NCBI GenBank assembly: GCA_002697535.1
Contig: NZWE01000008.1
Coordinates: 5,796 to 69,795, forward strand
Length of the DNA: 64,000 nt
From: Actinomycetota bacterium
GTDB lineage: Bacteria > Margulisbacteria > Marinamargulisbacteria > GCA-2716485 > GCA-002719695
Direction: 5' to 3'
The stretch's first letter is position 1; each line of letters starts with the position of its first letter. The notes below the pieces were generated by a model. It worked only from the letters and a program-made list of their open reading frames with translations. It searched no databases and had not been told where the DNA came from. Below, one piece after another: positions 20,599 to 30,780 of this stretch. A program made the position numbers and the translations under genes.

Positions 20599-21284
20599 TA
20601 TCCTTTTCTCCTTAATCGTTTTGCAAATGTTTCATAAGCTGATAAATCTTTACGTAAATAATCTTCTATTCCTTTACTTGTTATAGTCGCTCCACTCATC
20701 CCGTCTACATAATTTTTCTCTTTAATCTTACTAAAACCTTTATCAGCTACTTTTCCTTTAACGACACCAATTGAAACAAATTTTCCATTTATGTCTGTTA
20801 TTTTTTTACCAATAAATTGATCTTGAAACCATGGTTTTTCACATTCGCCTCCAAGCCCCGGTGTCTCTCCATGACTATACACCGTAAACCCCACAATTGA
20901 ATCTCCATCTCCATTAAAAGCAATATATCCATACATCCAACTCCATAATCCATAGGCTTTAAATGGTACCGCATATGTCTTTATGTTACTTGCATCTCCA
21001 ACTAAAAAAAGCGCTCTAGCTGTTTCTTCTTCTGTTAAATTCCCCTCACTATCTAAATAAAATTCTTTTACATTACCATTATAGTTCTCTTTAATTTCAT
21101 CACCCGTATATTTCTTATCTTTACTAATTAAATTTAGGGCTTTTAATATATTTTTTTGTCTATCAATTAATTTATTTTCATCTTGCCTTTCTTTTAATCC
21201 AACAGAGGCTGCTGTTAACGCAATGCTACAACAGACACACATAATAATCGCAAATCGAAATGTTTTTTGAGCTTCAGACAACAT
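20598..21284 (-). CDS. nqrC: Na+-NQR subunit C
   Basis: HGETPGLGGECEKPWF and flavinylation motif DGMSGATITSKG. Confidence 0.93.
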   Translation of the reverse strand: MLSEAQKTFRFAIIMCVCCSIALTAASVGLKERQDENKLIDRQKNILKALNLISKDKKYTGDEIKENYNGNVKEFYLDSEGNLTEEETARALFLVGDASNIKTYAVPFKAYGLWSWMYGYIAFNGDGDSIVGFTVYSHGETPGLGGECEKPWFQDQFIGKKITDINGKFVSIGVVKGKVADKGFSKIKEKNYVDGMSGATITSKGIEDYLRKDLSAYETFAKRLRRKG

Positions 21285-22461
21285 TAGGAATCCTTTTCTT
21301 TATCTTCATAGAAATCACAACATGATCAATTAAAGGTGCAAATACATTCATTAATAAAATTGCTAACATCCAACCTTCTGGATAAGCCGGATTAATAACT
21401 CGAATAATAATGCCCAATATTCCTATTAAAAACCCATAAATAAATCGTGATATTTCTAAACTTGGTGATGATACTGGATCGGTTGCCATAAAGACCGTGG
21501 CAAAAGCAAAACTTCCAATCGACATTTGCCAAATGGGTGATAAACCTAAAAATGGATTACTTGATGGGCCTGCTATCAGATTAAATATCAATGTCATTAA
21601 GGTTGCACCAAGCACACTCCCAATCATTGTTCGCCAACTTCCTACCCCTGTAATAATTAAAAATATCGCTCCAAATAAAATTAAGGGAACACTTGTCTCC
21701 CCTATACTTCCAGGAATTAATCCAATAAAACTTTTTTCTAAACTAAATCCCGCATTAGTTAATACTTCACTTGCTTTCATGGGAGCTTCTGTCGCTGCGG
21801 CTACAGCTAACGCTGTGGCTCCACTCCATCCATCAACTATTTGATCTTTACTTTTTAAAATTGATGTCCATACTTCACCACTAATATAAGCAGGGTATGT
21901 AAAAAACACAAAAGCTCTTGCTGTTAAAGCTGGATTTAAAAAATTTCGTCCAGATCCCCCAAATACTTCTTTTCCAACAATCACACCAAAGGCTATCCCA
22001 ACCCCAGCCTGCCATAAAGGCAAGGTTGCAGGCAATGTTAATGGATACAAAATACCGGTCACTAAAAAACCTTCATTAATTTCATGTTTTCTTATAATTG
22101 CAAATAATAGCTCAATCGTTCCTCCAACAGCATACGACACCAAAATTAATGGTAAAACAAGCTTTGAACCTGTTAATAAAACAGGTATTAAATCCAATGA
22201 TAAACCAACAGCTTTATGTGCTTGATATCCTGAATTATAAATACCAAAAAGAATACAAGGTGTTAATGCCGCCATTACCATACTCATAAATCGTTTTGTA
22301 TCTAATGAATCTCTAATATGAACACTTGACTGTGTCGTTTCTTTAACACTAAATAAAAAACTTGCTCCTGCTTCATACAAAGGATAAAGTTTTTCAAACT
22401 TACCACCTTTCACAAAGTGTTTTTCTTGCTCATTTAAGAAATCTGCTAATTTTTTTATCAT
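21274..22461 (-). CDS. nqrB: Na+-NQR subunit B
   Basis: FLNPALTARAFVFF, DGWSGATALA flavinylation-site region, FMATDPVSSP. Confidence 0.95.
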   Translation of the reverse strand: MIKKLADFLNEQEKHFVKGGKFEKLYPLYEAGASFLFSVKETTQSSVHIRDSLDTKRFMSMVMAALTPCILFGIYNSGYQAHKAVGLSLDLIPVLLTGSKLVLPLILVSYAVGGTIELLFAIIRKHEINEGFLVTGILYPLTLPATLPLWQAGVGIAFGVIVGKEVFGGSGRNFLNPALTARAFVFFTYPAYISGEVWTSILKSKDQIVDGWSGATALAVAAATEAPMKASEVLTNAGFSLEKSFIGLIPGSIGETSVPLILFGAIFLIITGVGSWRTMIGSVLGATLMTLIFNLIAGPSSNPFLGLSPIWQMSIGSFAFATVFMATDPVSSPSLEISRFIYGFLIGILGIIIRVINPAYPEGWMLAILLMNVFAPLIDHVVISMKIKKRIPNVV

Positions 22462-23810
22462 TATTTTCCAACTTCCTTTGCAATTATATTTTTTGCATTG
22501 GTTACAATCTCATCTAATTCAATTTTGGATGGACATACATAGGTACATAATCCGCACTCTACACAATCTAATACCCCTTGCTCCATCGCAGTCTCAATAT
22601 CATTTACATTTAAATTTTTCATTGTTACTTGAGGATACGTTTCTACAGGGCATACTGCTACACAAGATCCACATGATATACACGCTCGGTGTCCTCCATT
22701 AAGCGATGTATTCATTTCCCATTCTTTATCTTTTAATAAGGCAGACATATAGGTTCTAGAAACCGTTGGTCTATGAAATCCGGGTTTAAAAAAATGTAAA
22801 AATTCCTGTTCTCTTCCTTCTGGTAATACTTGCAATGCAAAATCTCTATAGCTAACGTAATCTTCCTTGTCTATTTTCTGTCCTGTTAATGCGCCTCCGG
22901 CAATAATTCTAATCTTGCTAAAATCGTCTATTCCCTTTAATACAGCTTCTACCGGTATTCCATCTTGAACCCAAGCATAGCAAGCATCTTTTAAGATATT
23001 ACCCGAAACGGTTATCAATCGCTTATTTGGATAAACCCCAGACTCTAACAACATCCCTATACGAATAACATCTTGAGCTTTAATTCCCCATGATTTATTT
23101 TCATCTGATGATGTTTTATTGTAATAAAGTAAAACACCTGGATCATTAGCAGGATAATCCCCCACTAATTGATGCGTCGCTTCTTTCCTGACGGAAGGAT
23201 CATTGACTTTACAATTAACTGACATTCCTAAATATGTTTTTTTACAAATACGCTTAATTGCACTTAAACCTGTTAAAAACTCAGATTCATGCCCTTTTAT
23301 AAACATATGCGATTCGGGTAAAAAAGGTTCATCATTATCTAACCCAACATAAATCGAAGGCGGGATTTCATCTTTATCAGGAGCTCTATTAAATGGATAT
23401 TCAAGAAATGAAGACCATAATCCTCCTTTCTGAATTATTGATCTAATATCTGCTACTGATTTTTCTTTAATATCATTGATTGAAAGTGGATCACATATTT
23501 TTTCTTTTTCGTCTTTATTATCTGACGTAATAACAATGGCTTTAATAATGCGTTTATCCCCATAAATTATCTCTTTAATAGTCCCACTTACAGGTGATAA
23601 AAACTCATTAACTTCATTTTTTTTATCAAAAAATAAACGCGATCCTATTTTTACGGCATCTCCAATTTTAACAACTACTTTAGGTTTTATATATTTAACT
23701 CGTGAAGGGGCTACTCCATACTCTTCTGATTGTGTAATATCAACAATCTTTTCTTCAGGACTACCTGCTATTTTTAATTTATATGTATTCTTTACGTTAA
23801 TTTTTTTCAT
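22461..23810 (-). CDS. nqrA: Na+-NQR subunit A
   Basis: GLYVGLDNDEPF-like region, ISVSGNILKDACYAWVQDG-like region, cysteine-rich CISCGSCVAVCPVETYPQ near C terminus; operon context. Confidence 0.88.
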   Translation of the reverse strand: MKKINVKNTYKLKIAGSPEEKIVDITQSEEYGVAPSRVKYIKPKVVVKIGDAVKIGSRLFFDKKNEVNEFLSPVSGTIKEIIYGDKRIIKAIVITSDNKDEKEKICDPLSINDIKEKSVADIRSIIQKGGLWSSFLEYPFNRAPDKDEIPPSIYVGLDNDEPFLPESHMFIKGHESEFLTGLSAIKRICKKTYLGMSVNCKVNDPSVRKEATHQLVGDYPANDPGVLLYYNKTSSDENKSWGIKAQDVIRIGMLLESGVYPNKRLITVSGNILKDACYAWVQDGIPVEAVLKGIDDFSKIRIIAGGALTGQKIDKEDYVSYRDFALQVLPEGREQEFLHFFKPGFHRPTVSRTYMSALLKDKEWEMNTSLNGGHRACISCGSCVAVCPVETYPQVTMKNLNVNDIETAMEQGVLDCVECGLCTYVCPSKIELDEIVTNAKNIIAKEVGK

Positions 23811-23901
23811 ATTTTTTTTTGACTATAATTAGGTTTAATTTTTAAATTAGCTATTAATAATATTCGATTTATCTTTGTGCGTAAATATTATTTTTTTTCA
23901 C

Positions 23902-24189
23902 TTACTTTTCTAGCTCTACCTCATAATTCAAAATAAAGGCAAAACTAGCACAAAAACCAATTAATCCTGGAGCAAATAATAAAAATATAAATCCTACATT
24001 TAATGGGAATGTCGCTATAATTTTTCCATTACTATTTTTTATATTAATTTGAATTGCATTACTTTTTTTTAAAAACTTCTTGATCTGTTCTTTGCGAAAT
24101 GACAGTCTCTTATCTAAATTTAGTTTATTTAAATTAATTTCATCAGACATTACAAATTCATTATATGATCTGTCTATATCATGTGACAA
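23902..24189 (-). CDS. Hypothetical small membrane protein
   Basis: Single hydrophobic segment VGFIFLLFAPGLIGFCASFAFILNYEV. Confidence 0.5.
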   Translation of the reverse strand: MSHDIDRSYNEFVMSDEINLNKLNLDKRLSFRKEQIKKFLKKSNAIQINIKNSNGKIIATFPLNVGFIFLLFAPGLIGFCASFAFILNYEVELEK

Positions 24190-24198
24190 TAGATAATT

Positions 24199-25233
24199 TT
24201 AGTTCAAATAACTTTCACCTAATTGACCACAAGCAGCTGTAATATCCTGTCCTTTTTTGTATCGAATTGTTACAGCACATTTTTGCTTTTTTATCACGGA
24301 CTGAATAGCATGTATTTTATCGATACTCACCGGTTTATAAGGTATTTTTTTATGAGGGTTTAAGTTAATTAAGTTTATTTTTGCATTTAAATATTTGGCT
24401 AAATTTATCAGTGATTTAATATCATAATCGGTATCATTAACCCCTTCTAGCAAGGTATATTCCAGTGTTAATTTGCGATTGTGTTGTGATTGATATTCTT
24501 TTAAGACTTTTACAAAGTCTACAATGGGATTTCTTTTTTCAACAGGCATTATCCGTTCACGCTTTATGGGATCTGCGGACCCAACCGAAAATGCTAAATT
24601 AACAACTCTATCGTGCTTCTTTAAATATTCAATTCCTTTAATAAATCCCGAGGTTGATACGGTAATATTTCTCTTTGAGATATTATATAGTTTTGGATGG
24701 GTAAGCATATCAATTGCTTTAAATACCTGATCTGCATTTAACAAAGGTTCTCCCATTCCCATAAACACAATATTAGTGATGGGTTGATTAATTGAAAACG
24801 CATAAACAACTTGCTTCACAATCTCAGAAGCTGTTAATTGCCTCTTAAATCCAACAACTCCCGTTAAACAAAACTTACAATCAACCGGACATCCACACTG
24901 AGATGATATGCATAACGTATTATAGTTTTTTTCTTTTAAGACAACACATTCTAAAAAGTTTCCATCCTCTAATACACAACTGCTTTTAATAGCATTTTCT
25001 TCTTCTGATGTTACCGATTGAACATTCTTAAATATGTTAAAATCAATATGCTCAGCTAAAACAGCCTGATTTTTTTTGGAAATATTTTTCATCTTATCTA
25101 TGCTTAGTTGATGTTTTTTATATACCCAATCTAATACCTGATCTGCGATGTATTTAGGTAGCCCTAAACCAACACAGTATTCCTTTAACTCATCTATATC
25201 CATTTCAAAAATAGATTTTTTTTGCTTGTTCAT
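24199..25233 (-). CDS. rlmN: 23S rRNA (adenine-C2)-methyltransferase RlmN
   Basis: CVSSQCGC-type segment CISSQCGCPVDCKFCLTG, FMGMGEPLLN, VNLIPYN-like INLINLNPHK. Confidence 0.93.
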   Translation of the reverse strand: MNKQKKSIFEMDIDELKEYCVGLGLPKYIADQVLDWVYKKHQLSIDKMKNISKKNQAVLAEHIDFNIFKNVQSVTSEEENAIKSSCVLEDGNFLECVVLKEKNYNTLCISSQCGCPVDCKFCLTGVVGFKRQLTASEIVKQVVYAFSINQPITNIVFMGMGEPLLNADQVFKAIDMLTHPKLYNISKRNITVSTSGFIKGIEYLKKHDRVVNLAFSVGSADPIKRERIMPVEKRNPIVDFVKVLKEYQSQHNRKLTLEYTLLEGVNDTDYDIKSLINLAKYLNAKINLINLNPHKKIPYKPVSIDKIHAIQSVIKKQKCAVTIRYKKGQDITAACGQLGESYLN

Positions 25234-25292
25234 ACTTACTTCCTTGCTAGGCAGTGTATGTTAAATATTACTATCTGACTAGAGGATTACGC

Positions 25293-25520
25293 TTATCCTG
25301 GAGATTGAATAAATGGCTCTGGCTCCCCTTGGTCACTATCAGCTGTTTGATTATCCTCCTGCGATACTTCCACAGACTGTCTATTTTGGTTTGATTGAGT
25401 GGTGGCCTTTTCAAAAGCTTCACTGGGCTCTGATACATAGTCTTCTTTCTTCTTCGACTGCCCGAATAAAGCAGCAATCAGTGAGGATGCAAATATTAGC
25501 TTAATTAATTTTGAAAACAT
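25293..25520 (-). CDS. Hypothetical small secreted protein
   Basis: Signal-peptide-like MFSKLIKLIFASSLIAALFG then acidic, Gln/Ser-rich tail. Confidence 0.4.
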   Translation of the reverse strand: MFSKLIKLIFASSLIAALFGQSKKKEDYVSEPSEAFEKATTQSNQNRQSVEVSQEDNQTADSDQGEPEPFIQSPG

Positions 25521-25680
25521 AATTACTATGTAATTGTATCATACATTTTAGGTTTTGATCTATTTTCAACTACTGTCATCTAATTTTTTACATGTCACAG
25601 TTCATTATTAACTCTTGGATATGCTTTCATAATTTATTTTAAAACTTTACTATTGGTTTGCTACTGTTTTCTATATTATA

Positions 25681-26757
25681 ATGTTTTTTGCAAAATTTTT
25701 TATATTCAAAGGAATTATTATGACAGCTACCCACTATAACCAGTCTGAACTTGAAGATTCTATTAATAATCTTTCTACTAATCTTTGTAACATTAGTACG
25801 GATGAGCAATTAAATTTTTTACAAAACAGTCTGACCAGCTTAACTAATCTTCAAGCGGGTGATCCTGAATTAAGTGATATGAACTTGATTCAAAAAGCAA
25901 TTGATGAACTTGTTCAATCTTTTCTTTTATTCAAAGATTATCGTGACACAAGAAAAGTAACTATTTTTGGCTCTTCTCGTACAGAACCAAAAAACCCAAA
26001 TTATACACTAACAGAAGAAACGGCTAAACAACTTGTTGAATCAGGCATGCTAGTTATTACGGGTGCCGGTCCAGGCATTATGGAAGCTGGTAACAAAGGA
26101 GCCGGTGAAGGAAATAGCTTTGGCCTTCATATTATTCTTCCTTTTGAACAAAAACCTAATGAGTATATCTATAATTCTGAAAAAATGATTCCTTATAATT
26201 ATTTTTTTACTAGGAAATTAATTTTTGTTAAAGAATCGGATGCCTTTGTTTTATTTCCTGGAGGATTTGGTACTCAGGATGAAGCATTTGAAGTTCTGAC
26301 ACTTATGCAAACAGGGAGATGTTCTCCTAGACCGTTTATTATTATTAACCATGATAATAGTACCTACTGGGAAGAATGGAAAACATATGTTCATACACAC
26401 CTTTTAGATAAAAATTATATCTCTCCTGAAGATATGAATCTTATCAAAATTTTAAAATCGTCTACTGAAGTAGCCAGTTGTATTAATCACTTTTATTCTA
26501 CTTATCATTCTATTCGATATATCGATAAAACCACATGTATTCGACTTAACAGCCCTCTTTCAGAAGCAACTGTGAATCAGTTAAATGATACATTTCCACA
26601 TTTATTAGATTCCGGACGGTTTGAACTTTCTGATAATACCTGTTTTCCCAAAGAGGAATCTCTTTATCCTGATAAACAACGATTACTATTTAATTTTAAC
26701 CATAAAAGTTATGGCGGTTTAATATCCTTAATTGATTATATTAATGATAACGCGTAA
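25681..26757 (+). CDS. LOG-family Rossmann-fold protein (TIGR00730-like)
   Basis: VTIFGSSRTEPKNPNY, GAGPGIMEAGNKGAGEG, FPGGFGTQDEAFEVLTLMQTG. Confidence 0.88.
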   Translation: MFFAKFFIFKGIIMTATHYNQSELEDSINNLSTNLCNISTDEQLNFLQNSLTSLTNLQAGDPELSDMNLIQKAIDELVQSFLLFKDYRDTRKVTIFGSSRTEPKNPNYTLTEETAKQLVESGMLVITGAGPGIMEAGNKGAGEGNSFGLHIILPFEQKPNEYIYNSEKMIPYNYFFTRKLIFVKESDAFVLFPGGFGTQDEAFEVLTLMQTGRCSPRPFIIINHDNSTYWEEWKTYVHTHLLDKNYISPEDMNLIKILKSSTEVASCINHFYSTYHSIRYIDKTTCIRLNSPLSEATVNQLNDTFPHLLDSGRFELSDNTCFPKEESLYPDKQRLLFNFNHKSYGGLISLIDYINDNA

Positions 26758-26777
26758 TTATATTTAAAGGAGTATTT

Positions 26778-27395
26778 ATGTCACAATTATTATCTCAAGG
26801 TGGGCCTATTGTTATTTTGTTACTTGCTTGCTCAATTACAGGGGTTTATATTATTGCTCAAAAAATTTTATTTTTTAAATTCCATTTTTTTCAATTTAAT
26901 AAAACCATTCAAATTGTTAAAGATAGACTGATTTCTTTTGGAACAAAAGAAACCTTGCTATATTTTAGATCTGACAGGACGATTCCTGTAAATATTTTAA
27001 TATCCTCCATTAAATTACATAATCGTAATCGTGATGAAATTCAAGATGGTATTCGAGAATCTCTTTATAACCAAATTCCAAAACTTGAGTTTATGATGCC
27101 AATTTTATCAAGTATTATTACAGCGGCTCCTATTTTAGGTCTTACAGGAACAGTGTTAGGTCTAATGGATATTTTTAATGTTATATCAGGAGGATCTATA
27201 GGTGACTCTCAAGCATTATCTGCCGGTATTGCTAAAGCACTAGTTACCACCGTTATGGGTTTAATCATCACACTTCCGTTTGTATTCTTTTATCAATATT
27301 TTTCACAAAAAATTGAACATAGCTTGCTAGAACTTGAACGTATTAGTTATGAAATCATCCATTTTTGCCAGTCTAATGAGTCGATCAAACATTAA
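26778..27395 (+). CDS. exbB: ExbB/TolQ-family proton channel
   Basis: LPILSSIITAAPILGLTGTVLGLMDIF, GIAKALVTTVMGLIITLP; adjacent exbD and tonB. Confidence 0.9.
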   Translation: MSQLLSQGGPIVILLLACSITGVYIIAQKILFFKFHFFQFNKTIQIVKDRLISFGTKETLLYFRSDRTIPVNILISSIKLHNRNRDEIQDGIRESLYNQIPKLEFMMPILSSIITAAPILGLTGTVLGLMDIFNVISGGSIGDSQALSAGIAKALVTTVMGLIITLPFVFFYQYFSQKIEHSLLELERISYEIIHFCQSNESIKH

Positions 27396-27398
27396 CCA

Positions 27399-27806
27399 AT
27401 GTTAATAAAGTACAGAAAAAAAAATATTACTAATGTTGAGTTAGCGCCATTAATTGATATTGTATTTATCCTGCTCATCTTTTTTGCCGTTAGCTCTAGT
27501 TTAATTTCAAATAACCAATCTATTCCCCTTGATCTTCCCACAGCATCTAGTAGTGAAACTAATGCTCCTGATATTATTATTTCTGTCAAAAAAAATCGAG
27601 ACATTTATATTGATTCTCAAAAAATTAGTTTTGCACAAATCCCCCCACTCATTATTCAAGCTATGTCTCAAAACCCAACTACTCAAATTATTATTAATGC
27701 TGATAAAAAGTTAGATTATGGATTTATTATATCGTTACTGGATAAAATTAGATTATCAGGATGCTCTAATATAGCGCTACAGGTTGAAAAAAAGATCTAT
27801 AAATAA
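27399..27806 (+). CDS. exbD: ExbD/TolR-family protein
   Basis: LAPLIDIVFILLIFFAVSS and periplasmic domain. Confidence 0.92.
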   Translation: MLIKYRKKNITNVELAPLIDIVFILLIFFAVSSSLISNNQSIPLDLPTASSSETNAPDIIISVKKNRDIYIDSQKISFAQIPPLIIQAMSQNPTTQIIINADKKLDYGFIISLLDKIRLSGCSNIALQVEKKIYK

Positions 27807-27814
27807 TATCTAGT

Positions 27815-28333
27815 ATGCTAAATGACCATAAAATAAATCGTATTTCTTTATTTTTTAGTATTATTATCCATGTTGGCTTAGTGATCTTTTCTTTAATTAT
27901 GCTTTCTAATCCTATTGAAATTTCCCATGATCTACCTCCTGTTCCCATTGAATTTTCAATAAAAGAAATCATTATTCAAAAAACGATATCAAAACCTACT
28001 ATACAAAAACCGCCACCCATCACCAAACCATCTAAAGCGCCTCCCGCTAAATCGAACGATGATCGCCAAAAACCTTTGCTAGAATCACATAAAGATCCTT
28101 ATTATCCTAAAGAAGCTATTAACTTCTCTTTGGAAGGTACTGTTGTTGTTAATGTACTAGTAAATACCCAAGGACGTGTATCTGATGTTACGATTGTTAA
28201 GAGTTCTGGCCATACTATCCTTGATGAATCTTTTATATCAACGATAAAATCTACTTATATATTTAAACCTAAACACATTGATGGAGTTAATGTGATTGAT
28301 ACCGTTACTCTATCACATACATTTAGCTTATGA
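27815..28333 (+). CDS. tonB: TonB-family energy transducer
   Basis: N-terminal TM, Pro/Lys-rich linker, GTVVVNVLVNTQGRVSDVTIVKSSGHTILDESFISTIKSTYIFKP. Confidence 0.88.
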   Translation: MLNDHKINRISLFFSIIIHVGLVIFSLIMLSNPIEISHDLPPVPIEFSIKEIIIQKTISKPTIQKPPPITKPSKAPPAKSNDDRQKPLLESHKDPYYPKEAINFSLEGTVVVNVLVNTQGRVSDVTIVKSSGHTILDESFISTIKSTYIFKPKHIDGVNVIDTVTLSHTFSL

Positions 28334-30288
28334 AATTAAAATACTTTATTATATTTTTTATCACGCTATTTTCAACGTCCTCTTTAGGAGATATATCAAC
28401 GTTATCGATTCATAATGAATTTATTAAAGCTGTTGTTAATAATAAGGATGCAAAAGGTCGTTTTTCACTTGAAACAACATTAGGAAATCCTGATAATAAT
28501 AATGATGATTATAAAGATCTTATTTATGGCAAACCTGTTCCTTGGACATCTTATACAACACTGTTAATTGATAACAATCCTTTTATTTTTGGTAATACTG
28601 ATAAACGACTTCAAAAACGTACTAAAACTAATTTTAATTACGCGCCCTTATATGAACAATTTGTTTCAAATAACAGTATTATCTCCTCTTCTATAATTAA
28701 AGATTTTGATATATCTCAAAAAATAGGATTTTATCGTAATCCTAATACTAATATTAGTGATTCAATATTTATTGAGTACCATGTTACTAATACATCTGAA
28801 GAAACTCACTATTTTGGTTTACGAATTATGCTTGATACGAAACTAGGTAAAAATGATGGAGCTCCATTTCGTATGGGTCGTGATCAGATTCAAAGTGAAA
28901 TACAATTATCTAAAAAAGACTTATATGCCTATTGGCAAGCGTTTGATAGTTTATCCAATCCTAATATTATTTCTCAAGGTTTATTAACTGACTCTTCTAA
29001 ATCATTAACACCCCCTGACTCAATCCATCTTGCAAATTGGGGTTCTCTAGTCGATCAACCATGGAATGCAGCTTATGAACAAGACCGCTCTTTCATTCGT
29101 AAAGGTGAAGATCAAAAAGATACAGCACTGGCACTCACCTTTAATTCAAAACCCATCAAACCTAATCAAACTAAAATTTTTAAAACGGTTTACGGGCTTG
29201 GTGGCATTGCTATTTCTTCAGGTGAGCTTAGTTTAGGTCTTACAGCCCCAAAATCATTACTACAAACACATGATTCTCCTATTCTAATTATTGCCTACCT
29301 ACTTAATACAGGAGGCTATGATGCCTATAATGTATCCGCTTCATTTACATTGCCCAAAGATGCTGAAATTGTTAAAGGTAATCTCAATGAATCGCTTCCT
29401 ATCTTGCAAAAAGGACACCAAAAACAATTCCCATTATTAATAAAATTCAAAAAAAGACTTACGTCTGATGTCTCACTTTCATTTTCAGTTAAATCTAGCA
29501 CCTTTAAATCTAATTCGATTCGTCATTTAATTGATATTATTGATCCGCCCAAACTAACGCTTACCATGCCCAAAAAAATTATAATCCCACCTAATAATCC
29601 TTATATCACTATCTCTCCTACGATTCACAACCATACATCTATTCCTATTAACACTATCAATGCGTTTATATCAGACGTTTCAGAATCAGCTCTCCCAGCT
29701 TTTGAATACCCTGCTAAGATGATCCAGGAATTATCTCCCTACTCTTCCACATCTTTATCATGGTCTATTGATACATCCAAGCTACAATTCCCTTTTTCTT
29801 TTTACATATCAGCTACGTCTGAACATGCTGTTAATGCGTCCCAACCTATTTTTCTTTATCAAAGCTCGTCTGAATCATCGGAGCCTTTGAGTGTTCACTC
29901 TAAATCTCAAGCAGAGGTCCCTTATTACCTAACTCTTAAACTTGAGAATATATCTCCTAAAGATACTCATCAATTTATTATTAATCATCCAAAAAAATCA
30001 GCTACATTTATTCATTATGCGTCTTCCAATCAAGTTAATATGCCTCTTCGTTATAAAAAGTCTGCTGGGGATGTTCTCTTTCAACCCTCGATATTAATGG
30101 ATGATTATATATATTTTAACTACTATGTTACGGATGATAGTACATTAAACTTTATTTTATCTGAGACAACGATGCAGTCAAAGAATGAGGCTACTGAATT
30201 ACCCAATATACGTTCTGTCATTCAAACTTTAGATTTAACCGTTCCATCAAAAAATGCTATAGTTAGTGCTAACTATCGAAAGGAGTAA
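28330..30288 (+). CDS. Exported beta-rich protein with CARDB-like segments, unknown function
   Basis: Signal peptide MKLKYFIIFFITLFSTSSLG, repeated beta-sandwich-like segments; start overlaps the tonB stop. Confidence 0.6.
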   Translation: MKLKYFIIFFITLFSTSSLGDISTLSIHNEFIKAVVNNKDAKGRFSLETTLGNPDNNNDDYKDLIYGKPVPWTSYTTLLIDNNPFIFGNTDKRLQKRTKTNFNYAPLYEQFVSNNSIISSSIIKDFDISQKIGFYRNPNTNISDSIFIEYHVTNTSEETHYFGLRIMLDTKLGKNDGAPFRMGRDQIQSEIQLSKKDLYAYWQAFDSLSNPNIISQGLLTDSSKSLTPPDSIHLANWGSLVDQPWNAAYEQDRSFIRKGEDQKDTALALTFNSKPIKPNQTKIFKTVYGLGGIAISSGELSLGLTAPKSLLQTHDSPILIIAYLLNTGGYDAYNVSASFTLPKDAEIVKGNLNESLPILQKGHQKQFPLLIKFKKRLTSDVSLSFSVKSSTFKSNSIRHLIDIIDPPKLTLTMPKKIIIPPNNPYITISPTIHNHTSIPINTINAFISDVSESALPAFEYPAKMIQELSPYSSTSLSWSIDTSKLQFPFSFYISATSEHAVNASQPIFLYQSSSESSEPLSVHSKSQAEVPYYLTLKLENISPKDTHQFIINHPKKSATFIHYASSNQVNMPLRYKKSAGDVLFQPSILMDDYIYFNYYVTDDSTLNFILSETTMQSKNEATELPNIRSVIQTLDLTVPSKNAIVSANYRKE

Positions 30289-30291
30289 TCT

Positions 30292-30780
30292 ATGAAAGTG
30301 CATCAGTTTGTATCGTTAATCTTATTACTCGTTTACCCCTCCCTCCTTATAGCGCAACCGATACAAGATATTAGTAGTGATGATCCTCATCATAGTATTA
30401 TTAAACAAGCTATTAATAATGGTTATTTATCTCTTTATAATGATAATTCTTTTAAACCTAACACCCCCTTATCAAGACGTGATGCCGTTATGATTATTCA
30501 TGAACTTGACAAAAAATTGTCAAATAATGTTAATCACTTAAAGGCTAATGATTTTCAAGAACTTACTGCCTTATCAAAATCATTTAAACAGCTCTATAAT
30601 TCAACTAACAACTCTTTAATATCGGTTCAAAATGATAATAAAATGTTGCGATATGAACACAAATTACTACTACATCAAATAACGGCACTACAACAATCTC
30701 AAAATAAGTACAAAAAAGAACGAAAGTTGCTTTTTGGGCTTATTGCCTTTTCGACACTTATTGGATTTCTATATCCATGA
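30292..30780 (+). CDS. SLH-like domain protein with coiled coil and C-terminal TM
   Basis: HHSIIKQAINNGYLSLYNDNSFKPNTPLSRRDAVMIIHEL; terminal KERKLLFGLIAFSTLIGFLYP. Confidence 0.6.
   Translation: MKVHQFVSLILLLVYPSLLIAQPIQDISSDDPHHSIIKQAINNGYLSLYNDNSFKPNTPLSRRDAVMIIHELDKKLSNNVNHLKANDFQELTALSKSFKQLYNSTNNSLISVQNDNKMLRYEHKLLLHQITALQQSQNKYKKERKLLFGLIAFSTLIGFLYP

Noticed and set aside
21497-21844. 115-aa plus-strand ORF
   Set aside because: Entirely antisense to nqrB, no recognisable motif.
25271-25477. 68-aa minus-strand ORF (and the 25313..25504 plus-strand ORF)
   Set aside because: Overlaps the more plausible signal-peptide-bearing ORF 25293..25520; basic low-complexity composition.
27392-27972. 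Minus-strand ORFs opposite exbD/tonB
   Set aside because: Antisense to well supported genes.
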